Source: [Archangium] primigenium
Lineage (GTDB): Bacteria; Myxococcota; Myxococcia; Myxococcales; Myxococcaceae
DNA length: 64,000 nt
NCBI RefSeq assembly: GCF_016904885.1
Contig: NZ_JADWYI010000001.1
Location: 7,369,224 to 7,433,223, forward strand
Direction of reading: 5' to 3'
This document shows, one piece after another, positions 63,222 to 64,000 of this stretch. The notes beneath the pieces were generated by a model. That model worked only from the letters and a program-made list of their open reading frames with translations. It searched no databases and had not been told where the DNA came from. Numbering within the stretch: the first letter of the stretch is position 1; every line of letters begins with the position of its first letter. The translations under genes and the position numbers were made by a program.

Positions 63222-64000
63222 AGCCAGTGGTCCGGGATGTGGGCGCGCCGCAGCTCGCGCAGGCCCTGGGTGAGCAGGGGCCAGAGCCGCTGCGCCTCCC
63301 GAGGCGGCGGCTGACGGCGGGACAGCTCCGCGCCGAAGGACTGGATGCGCGCGAGGGCCTCGGCCCGGCTCAGCCGGGAGAAGTCCGGCGCGCGCCAGCC
63401 CAACGCCTCGAAGCCCCGCTGGAGGATGGCCTCATGCGTGTGCTGAAACCGCTCCGCCACGTTGCCGTAGAAGAGCACCCGCAGCGTTTGATCCCGCGCC
63501 TGCTCCAGCGCCACCCGCTCCCCGGCGGACACCTCGGGCCGGCCCAGCAGCGACTGCAGGGTGTTGTAGTGCTCGCGCAGCGGCCCCCGCTGCGGGTCGC
63601 GCACGGACTCCCGCCCCTCGAAGTGGCGCGTGAAGGTGGCCTGCCCGAGGGCCTGGCGCTCCCGCAGCTCGGCGGTGGACGCGCGCACCGTGGCCGTCTG
63701 GTGGCCCTCGCGGCGCGACCACACGGCCACGTTCTCGCCCTTGCGCAGCCCCCGCGCCCGATCCGCCCGGAGCACGTCCACCGCCCCCCGCGTCGCCTTC
63801 TCCCAGCGCGCCAGGTGGGCCGTGGCCCCGGAGAACGTCCCGGGCGCGCTGCCGTCGTAGGCCCACACCGTGCGCACCTGGGGAAACAGCGCGCGCCAGG
63901 CGTCCACGGACGTCTCCCCGCCGTTGTAACAGGCCGCGATGCACAGGTCCTCGACCCCGGCCGCCGCCCGGGGCATCGCCGCCGCGAGCTGGGCGAGGCT
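63218..64000 (-). CDS. Hypothetical protein, probably 5'-truncated by the window end
   Basis: The frame stays open to base 64000, upstream of the annotated ATG at 63976. Confidence 0.35.
   Translation of the reverse strand, partial: SLAQLAAAMPRAAAGVEDLCIAACYNGGETSVDAWRALFPQVRTVWAYDGSAPGTFSGATAHLARWEKATRGAVDVLRADRARGLRKGENVAVWSRREGHQTATVRASTAELRERQALGQATFTRHFEGRESVRDPQRGPLREHYNTLQSLLGRPEVSAGERVALEQARDQTLRVLFYGNVAERFQHTHEAILQRGFEALGWRAPDFSRLSRAEALARIQSFGAELSRRQPPPREAQRLWPLLTQGLRELRRAHIPDHWL

Overview
This is a high-GC (roughly 68-70%) contig that is densely coding on both strands. Its gene content is typical of a myxobacterium (Myxococcaceae-like): many lipoproteins, a Ser/Thr kinase, a sigma54-dependent response regulator, and TonB-dependent uptake. 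Features in window order:

- 1-4.2 kb: a conserved translation/replication block (rplY/ctc 3' end, pth, rpsF, rpsR, rplI, dnaB).
- 4.2-8.2 kb: small housekeeping and hypothetical genes (C26 glutamine amidotransferase-like, thiE, an acidic protein, a DUF1844-like protein).
- 8.4-11.0 kb: clpB.
- 11-27.4 kb: a carbohydrate-utilisation island.
  - A CUT1-type ABC importer (substrate-binding protein plus two permeases, no ATPase) with a LamB-like porin.
  - A CUT2-type importer (substrate-binding protein, double-NBD ATPase, two permeases).
  - Two divergently transcribed GH43 lipoproteins.
  - A GHMP sugar-1-kinase (GalK-like), an M24 peptidase and a PF01704-type UDP-sugar pyrophosphorylase.
- 27.4-33.1 kb: a TonB-dependent receptor, a HmuY-like lipoprotein and a 934-aa surface protein made of 7 tandem ~85-aa repeats.
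- 33-39 kb: lipoproteins, a GNAT acetyltransferase, an extraordinary ~47%-methionine, Cys-tailed 161-aa protein (37318-37803), an XRE/cupin regulator and a SUI1/YciH homologue.
- 40-47.3 kb: truA, a Ser/Thr kinase, an RlmI-like methyltransferase, an amidohydrolase, an alkyltransferase-like (Cys-to-Trp) MGMT homologue and a DUF1111 di-heme protein.
- 47.5-59.8 kb: two SPFH/band-7 proteins and an Flp-type pilin, then a histidine kinase, an NtrC-like sigma54 activator and a CRP/FNR regulator preceded by a near-consensus sigma54 promoter with GAACGTTC-type upstream repeats, then a membrane MutS-domain ATPase and three TadE/TadG-like minor pilins.
- 59.8-64 kb: a FUSC-family exporter and hypotheticals.

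No rRNA, tRNA, CRISPR or transposase was recognised by eye. Most gene identifications are by motif recall, not by search. Many long antisense ORFs in the track are GC-frame artefacts.
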